Below, piece by piece: positions 40,788 through 52,800 of a stretch of DNA of 64,000 nucleotides. Both the position numbers and the translations under genes were made by a program. The stretch is from Promethearchaeota archaeon (GTDB lineage: Archaea; Asgardarchaeota; Lokiarchaeia; Sigyniarchaeales; SOKP01): assembly GCA_019058365.1 (NCBI GenBank), contig JAHPZE010000001.1, positions 64,001 to 128,000 of the forward strand, given 5' to 3'. The notes under the pieces are model-generated. The model did not search any database, was not told the DNA's origin, and saw only the letters and a program-made list of their open reading frames with translations. Every line of letters begins with the position of its first letter. The first letter of the stretch is position 1.

Positions 40788-41045
40788 TTAAGCACTTAAT
40801 CCTGCTAATAATGCAGCAAAAAACGCTGCTAAAAGGACAATAACTAGTATCCAAAAGACCAATCCTAGAATTCCAAGGATTAATCCTATTATTCCAGGTG
40901 CTTTTGAGTCATCTTTAGAAATACCAATCCCACTAAAAATTATTGCAAGAATCGGGAATGCTATAGTCCAGAACCCAAAAAACCATACTAGTATTGCTCC
41001 AAGTATACCACAAATTAAACCAATAATACCAAACGTACTTGCCAT
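40788..41045 (-). CDS. Small Gly-rich membrane protein
   Basis: Two to three TM helices; GIIGL repeats. Confidence 0.75.
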   Translation of the reverse strand: MASTFGIIGLICGILGAILVWFFGFWTIAFPILAIIFSGIGISKDDSKAPGIIGLILGILGLVFWILVIVLLAAFFAALLAGLSA

Positions 41046-41329
41046 TTTTTACACCATTAATTTAAATTTTATTAAATTAAATTCTTTAAAATTATGTAAT
41101 TATATTGGACACATTATATATATAAATTTAATTATTATTCTATATTATGTGATTTCCTTCCCATTTTATTAAATCTAATGAACAGAAGTTAATAATCAAT
41201 GAATTGAATGATTCTGGATTCACTTTAATTATTAGAGTTAATCAAAATCGAAAATTTATTTAGAATTGAAATATGGATCCAATTAAATGTAATTTTTTTT
41301 AATAAAGATTAAACCTAAGATGATTTAAT

Positions 41330-42523
41330 ATGGTTACTCAAAGAATTAATGAAATTTCATATGCTATCCGCGAAATAGCTGCAGTCGCAAGCGAAGTCGC
41401 TAAAAGTGGAAAAAAAATTTATCATTTAAACATAGGAGACCCTGTTATATATGATTTTCAAACACCAGCATATATTTCTCAAGCATTAGCAGATGCTTCT
41501 TTTGCGGGTAAAAATTATTATGTAGATTCTTTAGGCGCTCCAGAGCTTAGAGAAGAAATAAGTAAATCGTTAATACAAAAATATAAAGTCAAAGTTAGTA
41601 CTGAAGATATTTTAGTTACTTCAGGAGTAACTGAAGCCATCTTCTTTCTTATAGCAACTCTCTTAGAAAATAAAAATGAGATACTTATTCCAGGACCTAG
41701 CTATCCACTTTATATAAATTATGCCAAATTTTTTGATGGAATTCCAGTAGAATATGAATTGGATGAAGATAATGATTGGGAACCTAATATTGACGATTTA
41801 CGAAAGAAGATCAATGATAAAACAAAAGCAATTTTAATATGTTCTCCTAACAATCCTACAGGTGTTATGTATAGTGAAAAAATGATAAAACAAATAATAG
41901 ATATTGCAGGTGAATTTAATTTACCGATAATTTCTGATGAAATTTATGATCAGATTCTGTATGAAAAACCGTTTAATTCTCCAGCTGTTCTATCTAATGA
42001 TGTTCCTATAATTGGTTTAAATGGTTTTTCAAAATCTCATCTTGCTACGGGGTGGAGATTAGGATATATGTATTATTATGATCCTGACAATAAATTAGCT
42101 GATTTAAAAGCGGGTATCGCTAAATTAGCACGAGCACGACTTTCTGCAAGTTCTATTGCACAATATGCTGCAATCGAAATATTAAAGAACCCAGGGACAC
42201 ACACAAAAGAAATGGTTAATAAATTAAAAGAAAGAAGAGATTACTCATATACTCGTTTAAGGAAAATAGAGGGTATAACCTGTGTTAAACCTAATGGAGC
42301 GTTTTATTTATTTCCAAAGTTAGATTTCAATGAATTTAAAAATTGGAAAGATGATAAAGAGTTCATAATTGACCTTCTTAAAACTACGGGAATTTGTGGT
42401 GTTTATGGATCTGGATTTGGAGATTATGGAAAAAATCATTTTCGGTTAACTTTTTTACCGAAAAAAGAGATTTTAGAAACAGTTTATGATTTACTTGAAA
42501 GTTTTTTAACTAAAATTCATTAA
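41330..42523 (+). CDS. PLP-dependent class I/II aminotransferase (AlaA-like)
   Basis: LNIGDP, PNNPTG, SDEIYD, GFSKSHLATGWRLG. Confidence 0.93.
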   Translation: MVTQRINEISYAIREIAAVASEVAKSGKKIYHLNIGDPVIYDFQTPAYISQALADASFAGKNYYVDSLGAPELREEISKSLIQKYKVKVSTEDILVTSGVTEAIFFLIATLLENKNEILIPGPSYPLYINYAKFFDGIPVEYELDEDNDWEPNIDDLRKKINDKTKAILICSPNNPTGVMYSEKMIKQIIDIAGEFNLPIISDEIYDQILYEKPFNSPAVLSNDVPIIGLNGFSKSHLATGWRLGYMYYYDPDNKLADLKAGIAKLARARLSASSIAQYAAIEILKNPGTHTKEMVNKLKERRDYSYTRLRKIEGITCVKPNGAFYLFPKLDFNEFKNWKDDKEFIIDLLKTTGICGVYGSGFGDYGKNHFRLTFLPKKEILETVYDLLESFLTKIH

Positions 42524-42565
42524 TATTAGTTTTTATACTAAAATATATTTAAAAGAATTGAAATA

Positions 42566-42844
42566 ATGCCCACTGAACGAGAAATAAAATGTGAAAGAAA
42601 AGCAATTTATTTAGATATAATTTGTGGTATTATGTCATCAGCACTAGCATTAACTGCGTTAGCTGTTGCTGCGATTTCGCATAGGATTTTTAGTATGGGA
42701 TGGTTTGCTGTTAGTGTTACATTTTGGACGGCTTATCTACTGTTTTCTTTTTTTTTAATAGGCTTAGGGATTTATACATGGAAAATGAACAAAAATTTTG
42801 AAACAAATAAGGCAAAAAAAGATTTGAAAGCACCTATAGTATAA
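42566..42844 (+). CDS. Small two-TM membrane protein
   Basis: Two hydrophobic helices. Confidence 0.7.
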   Translation: MPTEREIKCERKAIYLDIICGIMSSALALTALAVAAISHRIFSMGWFAVSVTFWTAYLLFSFFLIGLGIYTWKMNKNFETNKAKKDLKAPIV

Positions 42845-42849
42845 TAATA

Positions 42850-43344
42850 TTACCTATCTGGTGCTTTTCTACCTAACCATTTTTCATAAAAAGTGTCAAT
42901 ATCAGGTAGAAAGTTAAATATTGTTGGATAGCCAGGAGGTACAGCTTCAACATCCAATAGTGTAAAACATCCTGGACAGAAATATTCTCTTAATTCCATC
43001 CATTCTGGATCACTTCCCATATGTCTAGGATAAAGTTCCTCAATTTCTTCAACCGTTTCTCTTACTCTTATGCGACATTTAGTTTTCCAATTCTCTCTAT
43101 AATCTCCAAATTCATATCCACAATCACATTTCACAATCCTCTCTCCTTCTTTCGAGACGATTTGAAGGTGTTCATGTAGGGGTAAAATTATCTTTTCTTT
43201 CCATGGCATGCGTTTTTGCAATATTTCTAGAATCAAATCGAATCTATTAGAATCTTTTCTTCCGCTTATTATTGGTTTTAGTTCACTCCATGGTAATTTT
43301 CCATCAACCATTCTTTCCAATGTTTTTTTATCATATGATACCAT
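42850..43344 (-). CDS. acxC: Acetone carboxylase gamma subunit-like
   Basis: KDSNRF, PLHEHL, CDCG...ENWK, REYFCPGC, PPGYP. Confidence 0.9.
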   Translation of the reverse strand: MVSYDKKTLERMVDGKLPWSELKPIISGRKDSNRFDLILEILQKRMPWKEKIILPLHEHLQIVSKEGERIVKCDCGYEFGDYRENWKTKCRIRVRETVEEIEELYPRHMGSDPEWMELREYFCPGCFTLLDVEAVPPGYPTIFNFLPDIDTFYEKWLGRKAPDR

Positions 43345-45558
43345 TCATTTCACCTCCATTTTAAAACCCTCAGGTAATTTCCAGAATTTTTTAAATTCCT
43401 TAGCCCAATTATTTGATAAATTGAGACTTTCTGTAAACATTAATTTCACAGGTTCACTTAACTTATTTTCAATTATTTTCTTTTTCTCTTTTTCCCAATA
43501 TTCTTCAAAAGTCATTGACTTTTCTCTTCTCTCTTTTTTTAGATCTTCTTTACGTTCCTTTGTAGCTATTTTATCTATCTCCCATTCTTTCTTTATCTCA
43601 CTATATTTGGCAATTACTCCATAGACATTTTTAACTATATTCTTAGTATAAAACCCATCATCAAGATCTTGCTTTATATGCCCAATTTCCCGCTCTAGGG
43701 GGTCTCCATATCCAGGACCACCACTCAAGAAATAATAGAAAAGATCATAGTTATCTAAAGTAATTGGGTAAATACTACAGTAAGGTTTTCGAGTTATATC
43801 TCCCTTTAATAATTGTTCAAATTCACCATTAGTAGGATCTGGATCTCCAAGTGGATATGTACTTCGATTTTTAATGATCTCTTCCATATTCGTATTTTTT
43901 GCATATAATCGATATCCAGTCGCGTTAGGATATCCCCCATGCATTCCTCCTGCTCCGTGGAATACTAAGCCTTCTCTGGCTCCAAAAAAATCGACATCCC
44001 TCGAATTAGCGACCATTCCTACGCCTTCATAATTTGCTCCTCCTCTATATTTACCATGTCCGGACAAATTAGGTTTAACTCTTCGTGATAAATAAGGTAC
44101 GCCTCCTTGAAATAATTCCCATGTTTCTACATCACCAAGATCTGATTCAGGATTCCACATTGCATATCCCCAATTTAAACCATCTCGAATAGCACTCGCA
44201 CCAAAACCTTGACCACTTATTTCAAAAGTTGATAATGACCATCTTTGTCCCATTAATGGTCCATCAGAATATATTCCACCACCTTGAATAGCATCTCCAG
44301 TAAAAGGATATCCTGAAACGACTTCCTCTCTATATCCTCGAGAAAATAACCCATAAGAGATACATTTCATCATTCCAGTATAAGCGGGAATTAAATTACC
44401 CCATGGAGCTTGGTATGACAAGTAGATATCACCTGGATTGCACCATGATCCTAAAGGATATTCCTTCTCTACTGCAAAATATGCTCCATCATTTACTTTA
44501 TCTGCATAAATTAATATTTGTGTTAAAAGAACCCATTGACCGCCTTCCATAGCACCTTTATCTGCATTCATACAATTAGGACCGGGACCACTCGCTCCAT
44601 CAAATGAAAGAGACATTTTGCCATCTTTTTTAATAATAATTTCCAATGGTTGGTTTGAAATTTTATCCATTCTGGCTCTTGGTTGCCATGCTTCTTCTTT
44701 TTGGGGCATATCCATGAAAGCAGCAGCTCTATATTTGCCTGGGATTAACCGTTCTTTTACTCTTTCTTGAAAAACTAAGCGACCTTCTTCGATTGCTTCC
44801 CTTATAAATTGCTTATAATAATCCAATCCCTCTCGTTCAATGAATTCCAACACAGCATCACGAATCATTAAATTTCCTGCAAGTCTACATTTTTCATCCA
44901 ACTCCCAGTACATAGGAGTTCTAACAGAACGTCGTGCACTTATTAAATGATCCTTCCAAATTCTATCATTAGAGCCAATCTTTCTACAAGTATAATATAC
45001 TCCATCGTCAAATCTTTGCATAGCAGGAACTAAATCATGCCCAGGTGTTATTCCTCCAGTATCAATTTGATGAGTTACTCCACCCGCCCAGCCCACCAAT
45101 TTACCTTCCCAAAAGATAGGTATTAGCGTTTGAACATCAGTAGTATGAACATTTCCGCACGCAGGATCATTATTGAGAAAAATATCACCATTATTAATTC
45201 CAGGGTCTTCTTCATAATCTTCTCTTATCATAAATTTTATTGCTTCACTCATAGTATGGACATGGACTAAAATTCCAGTGGACACAACAATAGAATCACC
45301 CTCAGGAGTATAAAGCGCAAAACATAATTCCCCAATCTCTTTAACGATCGGTGAAGCTGCTACATGTAATGCAGTTTCCCTCGCAGATACGAGTGCTCCC
45401 CTCAAGGAAGCATAGTTACGTTCAAATCGAAAAGGATCCTCTTCTTTTAATGAGAGTTTAGCAAGAGCATAATATTGACCTGATTCTTCGAATAGTTGTT
45501 CACTTTCTTCTAATATTTTTTTTAATGACTTTCCATTCCATCCTAATGATTTTTCCAT
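43345..45558 (-). CDS. acxB: Acetone carboxylase alpha subunit-like (hydantoinase B/oxoprolinase family)
   Basis: ASPIVKEIGELC, HVHTM, HTTD...TH metal site, GKYRGG, GYGDPLER. Confidence 0.88.
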   Translation of the reverse strand: MEKSLGWNGKSLKKILEESEQLFEESGQYYALAKLSLKEEDPFRFERNYASLRGALVSARETALHVAASPIVKEIGELCFALYTPEGDSIVVSTGILVHVHTMSEAIKFMIREDYEEDPGINNGDIFLNNDPACGNVHTTDVQTLIPIFWEGKLVGWAGGVTHQIDTGGITPGHDLVPAMQRFDDGVYYTCRKIGSNDRIWKDHLISARRSVRTPMYWELDEKCRLAGNLMIRDAVLEFIEREGLDYYKQFIREAIEEGRLVFQERVKERLIPGKYRAAAFMDMPQKEEAWQPRARMDKISNQPLEIIIKKDGKMSLSFDGASGPGPNCMNADKGAMEGGQWVLLTQILIYADKVNDGAYFAVEKEYPLGSWCNPGDIYLSYQAPWGNLIPAYTGMMKCISYGLFSRGYREEVVSGYPFTGDAIQGGGIYSDGPLMGQRWSLSTFEISGQGFGASAIRDGLNWGYAMWNPESDLGDVETWELFQGGVPYLSRRVKPNLSGHGKYRGGANYEGVGMVANSRDVDFFGAREGLVFHGAGGMHGGYPNATGYRLYAKNTNMEEIIKNRSTYPLGDPDPTNGEFEQLLKGDITRKPYCSIYPITLDNYDLFYYFLSGGPGYGDPLEREIGHIKQDLDDGFYTKNIVKNVYGVIAKYSEIKKEWEIDKIATKERKEDLKKERREKSMTFEEYWEKEKKKIIENKLSEPVKLMFTESLNLSNNWAKEFKKFWKLPEGFKMEVK

Positions 45559-47729
45559 TATGGTTTCACCTCCATATGAAATATCCTATGTTTATCGATT
45601 TTTACTTTAAAACCCGGAGGAATAACTAGAGTTGTAGCTGGTGCTTCAACAATAGAGGGACCTTGAATTATATTTCCGGATTTAATTAATGCCATTTCCC
45701 ATAAAGACGCTTCATACCATTTATTATCCCAATAAATATCTCTCGTTCCTTTAGAAGCATTGTCATTTGGTTTTTCTGTACTTATATCTTGTTCAGGTAA
45801 CTTAGGTTTAGGTACAGGGACTATTCCTGTGCCAATGCATTTAGTTATATGGTATCCTAACTCTGGACTCTTAGTTCCTCTTTTAAAAATTTGTTCAAAA
45901 AGATCATCATAACGACGAGTGATATCTTCCAGCTCAGGTGAATCGTATCTCTGCAACTCAGACGAATAATCAATAATTAATTCTTCTACTGGAGATTGTA
46001 CTTCTAGATCATCTAACATTCCGAAATATTGTAAACGTAGAGAAGGTTTAAAAATCATCTCACTAGGATCTCTCCCTTCAGCCTCAAATTCTTTTATAAT
46101 ACTGTTTTTTAATTCTTTCCAAGTTGAACTAAGTATAGAAGCTACAAATCCTATCATACTTCCATCTGGAGGAATAATTAAATCAACTGATTTTTCATGT
46201 CTATATGAATGGTCTGCACATGCACATCCAAAAGCTGAGAAAGCAGGTGCCCATTCTGGTATCAATATATCTTGAAAGTTTAAACCTCTTGAATAACCCG
46301 CTACATGTAAAGGACCTCCACCACCAAATGAGATTAATGTGTAATTTTCAGGTCTAAATCCTAATCCTTGGATCATTCCATTGAGATGGTTTTTCATATT
46401 AATTTCAATGAGATCTAAAGCACCTCGAGCTGTATCATAAGGATCTGCTTTAAAAGGGGCGGCTAATTGTTGTTCAATATATTTATATGCTCTATCTTTA
46501 TTCAATAAAACTTTACCACCAAGAAAATATTCTGGATTAAGATAACCTAATATTAAACTACAATCAGTCATTGTAACTGTCTCTACACCAGATTCTTCAT
46601 TACAAACGCCTATTTTATAACCAGCACTCTCAGGTCCAAACTCCAATCTACCTGAGACATCATTATATCTTACATACATGCCTGTACCTGCTCCTATTGA
46701 ATCTAAAGCGATCATAGGAATATTTAAAATAAATCTTCCAAGTGAACTTTCCCATTTGGTGGGAACATATCGCTCCATAACTAATCCAACGTCAAAACTA
46801 GTTCCTCCAACGTCGCTAGATACAAGATTTTTTATCCCATATTTTTCAGAAATGAACCTTGTACCAATCATACCTCCAATTGGACCTGAGACCATAGTTG
46901 GAATAAGTGTTTTATGATAGGGTGATATTGTTCCCCCATATGTAGTTAAGATTCTTAAAGGAGCAGGAACTCCTTTCTTATTCATTGTTTCAGCTATTTT
47001 TATTAATTGCTTTCTAGAAGGTTCTGCAGCATATTGTTCAATAATAAGAGCATTTAATCTTGGTGTTTCTCCTCTTACAGGGTTGTGTTCACATGATAAA
47101 ATAATAGGAATCTCTTTATTTTTTTCTTTCATTATCTTTTCAGCTATCGTTTTTACTTGTAATTCATGGCTAGAATTCATATACGAACAAAGTAAACATA
47201 TACAAATGCTATCAACATTCATATCAAGTAATTCTTCAACAGCTTTCTTAGCTTCCTCTTTATAGAGAGGAATCAATTCATCCCCCCAAAAATTAATTCT
47301 TCCACGGACACCTTTAATCTGTTTTCTTGGTATTAAAGGTTCTGGATGTTCATGTTCTCTAGCATGTAAGCGTCCTCCATAGTCTAAATAGATCCAGCAT
47401 TGTAAAGCTCGACCAAGTCTATGTAAATCTTCAAATCCAGCATTAACAATTACCCCTATGTTACTATTACCTTGTCGCTCTAAAAGTCTATTTACCATAG
47501 CTGTACCAGAATACACTAAAGCTTCAATCGAATGACCAGATACTCCTATAGAGGTATTCCATTGTTCTAATGCGTCTCCAATAGAATCTAAAATACCATC
47601 AGATTCGTTATCTGGTGTTGTTTGAGCTTTTCCAACCACAAATACGCCTTCTTCATCAATTATGAAAGTATCTGACATTGTACCTCCGGTATCAAAAGCC
47701 ATAGCCACTAATTTTTTTGATTTCGACAT
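45558..47729 (-). CDS. acxA: Acetone carboxylase beta subunit-like (hydantoinase A/oxoprolinase family)
   Basis: DTGGTMSD, SGPIGG, DVGGTSFD, GPESAG, FGGGGPLH. Confidence 0.88.
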   Translation of the reverse strand: MSKSKKLVAMAFDTGGTMSDTFIIDEEGVFVVGKAQTTPDNESDGILDSIGDALEQWNTSIGVSGHSIEALVYSGTAMVNRLLERQGNSNIGVIVNAGFEDLHRLGRALQCWIYLDYGGRLHAREHEHPEPLIPRKQIKGVRGRINFWGDELIPLYKEEAKKAVEELLDMNVDSICICLLCSYMNSSHELQVKTIAEKIMKEKNKEIPIILSCEHNPVRGETPRLNALIIEQYAAEPSRKQLIKIAETMNKKGVPAPLRILTTYGGTISPYHKTLIPTMVSGPIGGMIGTRFISEKYGIKNLVSSDVGGTSFDVGLVMERYVPTKWESSLGRFILNIPMIALDSIGAGTGMYVRYNDVSGRLEFGPESAGYKIGVCNEESGVETVTMTDCSLILGYLNPEYFLGGKVLLNKDRAYKYIEQQLAAPFKADPYDTARGALDLIEINMKNHLNGMIQGLGFRPENYTLISFGGGGPLHVAGYSRGLNFQDILIPEWAPAFSAFGCACADHSYRHEKSVDLIIPPDGSMIGFVASILSSTWKELKNSIIKEFEAEGRDPSEMIFKPSLRLQYFGMLDDLEVQSPVEELIIDYSSELQRYDSPELEDITRRYDDLFEQIFKRGTKSPELGYHITKCIGTGIVPVPKPKLPEQDISTEKPNDNASKGTRDIYWDNKWYEASLWEMALIKSGNIIQGPSIVEAPATTLVIPPGFKVKIDKHRIFHMEVKP

Positions 47730-47840
47730 AAAATTTCACCTATTTTCTAAATTATAATGTGACAATTCTAATATTCATTTGAATTATTTAAGTCTTTAAT
47801 TTTTATAAACATAAAAATAAGATGAGAAATTTGATCCATT

Positions 47841-48950
47841 ATGATTAATACTTTTTATAGAAAATTAGCAAAACTAGCAATAAACTATGCGGTTAAAGTA
47901 AAGAAGGGAGAGAGAATCTTCATTACAGGCCCTGCTTTAGCACAAGAGCTTTTTCAAGCTATGTATATTGAAACTATCAAAGCTGGGGGTTATCCTCTTC
48001 TTAATGTTCAAATTGAAGGAATTCAGGAATTAAAATTGAAATACTCATCTGAAGAACAATTACTTTACGTAGATCCTATTCAAAAGTCGATTATGAAAGA
48101 ATTTGATTCATATATTGTAATATCTGGAGATTATAATACACGTAAAATGAGTTTAGTTGATCCAAAATTGATAACAAAGGTTCAAGGATCACCAGCTAAT
48201 AAAGAACTTTGGGACATCTTGATGGGAAGAATGGGTAAAAAAGAATTAAGATATCTTCTTATACCTTTCCCATGCAATTCATTTGCTCAAGAAGCTAATA
48301 TGGATTTATTCTCTTATTTTGAGTTTATGAAAAAAGCATTGTTCTTAGATAAAGAAGACCCCGTTAAAGAATGGTTACAGACTGAAAAAAAACAAGAAGT
48401 TATTTGTAACTATTTAAAAGGTACTGAACAAATCCATGTAAATGGTGAAGATACTAATTTGACAATGTCAGTTAAGGGGAGACTTTGGCTAAATGATTGT
48501 GGTCATATTAATTTACCCGCTGGTGAGATATATACTGCACCGATTGAAAATTCTGTAAACGGTCATATTCGATTTACATATCCCGGTATATTTCAAGGGA
48601 AAGAAATCCAGAATATATATTTGGAGTTCAAAGATGGAAAAGTAATAAAATCCTCAGCAGATAAGGGCGAAGACTTATTAAAAGAATTATTAAAGATTGA
48701 TAATGCTGATATATTAGGTGAATTTGCTATAGGGACTAATTATGGTATTACTAAATTTACAAAAAACATGCTTTTTGATGAAAAATTGGGAGGGACAATT
48801 CATTGCGCCCTTGGATCTGGAATTGAAGATGCGGGTTCAAAAAATAGGTGCGGGATACATTGGGATATTTTAAAAGACATGACACTCCCTGGTTCCAAAA
48901 TAATAGCTGATGATAAAGTTATTTATGAAGAAGGTAAGTGGAATCTCTAA
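47841..48950 (+). CDS. Aminopeptidase, family M29 (thermophilic metalloprotease)
   Basis: NLPAGEIYTAP, GEFAIG, LFDEK, HCALG, IHWDI. Confidence 0.93.
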   Translation: MINTFYRKLAKLAINYAVKVKKGERIFITGPALAQELFQAMYIETIKAGGYPLLNVQIEGIQELKLKYSSEEQLLYVDPIQKSIMKEFDSYIVISGDYNTRKMSLVDPKLITKVQGSPANKELWDILMGRMGKKELRYLLIPFPCNSFAQEANMDLFSYFEFMKKALFLDKEDPVKEWLQTEKKQEVICNYLKGTEQIHVNGEDTNLTMSVKGRLWLNDCGHINLPAGEIYTAPIENSVNGHIRFTYPGIFQGKEIQNIYLEFKDGKVIKSSADKGEDLLKELLKIDNADILGEFAIGTNYGITKFTKNMLFDEKLGGTIHCALGSGIEDAGSKNRCGIHWDILKDMTLPGSKIIADDKVIYEEGKWNL

Positions 48951-49393
48951 ATTCTTTTTTATTTTTTTAAGCTATATTTAAGACTAAAAGTATTTTGATA
49001 GATCTAAATTACATAAAAAACATATAGATTAATGATAACATTTTGTAAAGTTAATTGATAATAGATTTTTAGAAATTTCTCATTAAATAATAAATTAAGA
49101 TCTTTTTTGTCGTTATTTTTCATTAAATTCTTGTTTTTTTGAATTGAAATGATACCCATATATTATATTGGAAAATAAAATAGCGGGAAGATTTAATATT
49201 AGAATATCATAAATTTTTTTACACACAAAATATTTGCATTCAAATTTTAAGATTTATGAGTATATGGGGGTCAATAAATAGAATATATAATAAATTTGTG
49301 CGGAATATCATCACACAAAATAAATAAAATAAATTGGCTTAAAAATAACTTTTAAGTTTAAATAATTACATCATAAGAAAAAGCTAGGGAAAG

Positions 49394-49708
49394 ATGAAGA
49401 TCAACATTAATAGCGATGATTTGGAATTAGAGTGTTATTCGAAAATTATTGATTTTTTCCAAAAAGAGAAAATTAGCCAAGAGGAGACAGAGATTTGGAA
49501 AAATAAATCAATAATAGAGCTCATGAACTATCTTGAACGCACCCATAATCGAACTCTAGTAACAAATGCCCTCATTTTATTATTATCTCTATTTGAAGAT
49601 ATTCCTCCTGATACTTACAATAATCGTGGTGTCAATATAAACCATATGTCAGAAAAAGATAAAAGAACTATGATTGAAGATTTAAAAGAGGAATTCTTGC
49701 CTAATTAA
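49394..49708 (+). CDS. Hypothetical protein
   Basis: 104-aa helical ORF. Confidence 0.7.
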   Translation: MKININSDDLELECYSKIIDFFQKEKISQEETEIWKNKSIIELMNYLERTHNRTLVTNALILLLSLFEDIPPDTYNNRGVNINHMSEKDKRTMIEDLKEEFLPN

Positions 49709-49864
49709 ATAAAAAGAATGGTTTACATTTTTGATAAACAGTTTTTAATTCTTTAGAAATTTTAGATAGTGCTATGAGATTAGAGTAACAATCATTTAAA
49801 TTTATGAAATTATATTTTTATTACATAAAAATATCAGATAGTTTCTTTAATTAAGGGGATACAT

Positions 49865-52800
49865 TTGCATAGGAACTTTACAAAAAAGATTATAAAAAAC
49901 AAATATAGTAAGACTGGTTCTATAGCCTTTATTTTTTTTCTAATTCTTTTAACAAATACTAATATATTCCATAATTTTAATCAAAGTAATCTAAATTATG
50001 ACAAAACAGATGATTCTACCCGTTATGACAAAAAACTCAAAAGTGCTAATGGAGACGACATTTTATTTGAAGGATCAGAATTACCATTAGTAATTAACGA
50101 TACAGGAAATCTTTATGATTTCAATCAAGAAATTTTTGTATCAAATCAAGTAGAAACCAATATATCTTATTATTTGGATGATGTTCACGAATGGAAAGCA
50201 TCAAAAATTCAAACTAATATAAAAAACATTTATGATACAAGAGAATGGGTTCAAAATAATGATTTTTATGAATTAGATACTCCATTTAGAAATTATACAT
50301 CTTTTCAGAATAAAGACCCTTCTGGATTTCCTCCCCATAATTATAGTGATAATTTAGATAATGACCCCATTAACCCTTCAAATATTCATAGCACAATTAA
50401 TGAGAATGGTGCTAGTGCTATGAGATTACACTTTTTAAATATAGAAATTGAAACTGATTGGGATTTACTTTATATATATGATGCTAACAATATTTTGCAG
50501 TTTACGTTTACAGGGAAGGCAACTGATTTTTATAGTCCTTGGATTGCTTCTGATACTCTAAAGATTACAATTAACTCAGATGGTTCAATAGAATGGTATG
50601 GCTATAATATTGATTATTTTGAATTCTACAATACAAGCACAAATTATTTCGATTATAATAATTCTTGGGGATATAATAATAGAAGTTTGACGGGTAATTT
50701 CGGTCCTGGTGAAATTAATAACAATACAGCCATGTACGTGTCTTTAATAGGTGAACCTTTTAGAGATGGAAAAATGGGTGCAACCTATTATGAAAACGAG
50801 TTCGCTGAGATATATCAAAACCTAAATATACCAAGAGGATCTGTCATTAATGCTTATATTAAATTTGACTATTATGCAGAGTATGCAATGGATTCTAATG
50901 AGAATTTTATCTATTGTGAAATAAATAATAAAAAAATATTTTCAAAAGGATTAGGAGATATAGTTGACTCAGGAAAAAATATTTGGCATAGTTCAGGAAG
51001 TATAAACATAGATTTATGGTCTAATACATCAGTAATTTTTAATACCATTCAAGAAAATTATAACTTTAATATATCGGTGGGTATCATGAGTGGTGCTTCC
51101 GTTTCTTATTCAGGATTTGATGATAGATTCCAACAATTTTTCTGGTTTGATAACATTTCTTTAATACTAACTACAATTTGTAACTCTACTCAAAGTGATA
51201 TAAATATTACTATTAATGGGAAAAATCTTCTTGATAATAATTACTGGGGTAAATCTTATCGAAATTTTACTGGGATTTGGGATTCAAATCCTATAATTTT
51301 AACAGTGCAGACTTCATCTCCTTTTCTAAATTTTGAATTAGATACAACTATTTATGGTTATCATGAGACTACTTCAAGAGTAGGACAAACAACACAAGAA
51401 GGAGTACATTTTCAAATCTTAGAAAATGGTTCTGTATACTGGGAATTTACACACAATTTCTATATGCCTTCTCAATATTCTGATTTTGAATTTGAGATAA
51501 ACAAACCAGTTAATTGGAAATTTATTTCGGTTTTAGATCCAACACTTCAAGCAAGAACATTTGAGGGTGGAAATGAAGGGGATACTTTTTTGAAGATTAA
51601 TAAAACTGAAGCTAATTTTCCAGGTTGGTGGACTTTTAAAGCAATATCTCCCAATTATCTTAATATATCTAATACAAAAACATCTAAGAATGGACAATGG
51701 GGAATAAGAAATTTTTACACAGGAGATTCCATAAGAATCAAGTCTCAAATAAATTTTTCTGAAGAGATTCCTCCTAATATAGATTCAACTTTCGTAGATT
51801 TAAAGATTTATTATCCAAATGGAACATTATGGTATCAAGAATCAATTGCGCCCTATTCAAATGGAACCGTTATATTTTCAAACTTATCCTTTACTCAGCA
51901 AAATTTTATTGGAGGGCAGTATAATTATACACTTTTTTGGAGTAATGGAACAGCAATAGGAGGTTTAACATCATTTTTTACACTCATTCATAATAATACA
52001 ATGGTCCTAATAAAACCCGATGATGCTGTTTCAGATTTAACTACTGAAGCATTCATAGGTGATATTATTCCGTTAAGGATTCAATTGAAGGATATTGAAA
52101 ATAATAAGGTAATTACTGGCGCAATAATTACTTATAATTGGTCAACTGGTTTAAAAATCATCACAGAAGCTGCTTCTGGAATCTATGAGGCAATTTTAGA
52201 TACTTCAGAACTTGGTTCGAATGGATTTTATGAGATATTTATTAATTCATCAAAAATTGGATTTAAAAACTATAATATGACACTTAGAATCAATTTACTA
52301 GAAGAAACTAATCTATTACGTCTAGATTCAGAATATTATATCGAATTACATGATAATAGTACATTCAAATACAGTTATACCAATTCCATAGAAGAGGGAA
52401 TTGCAGGAGCGACAATAAATTTGAATATTGATCTTGAATATTATAATATTATCGATCATCTAGATGGAAATTATACAATAGAATTTGATTCTTCATATAT
52501 AAATGAATTAGGAATATATCAGATAAAATTAAATTTCTCAGCTCCAGCTTTTGAAATACAGCGCACAATATTTCAATTTGAAATAATTGAACAATCTGTT
52601 GATATTTCAGTTTATATAAAGAATCAAATAATACAAGAGAATTCTCTAATTGAAATAATGTTTAAAGAAAATATTGATATTTCTATAAGAATACTTGCTC
52701 AAATTGATAATGAATATCTTACTGGTGGAAATATTACATGGAATTCTAATAGTTTTTATAAGAAGATAGACGAAGAAGGAAATTTTTGGTTTAATGATTC

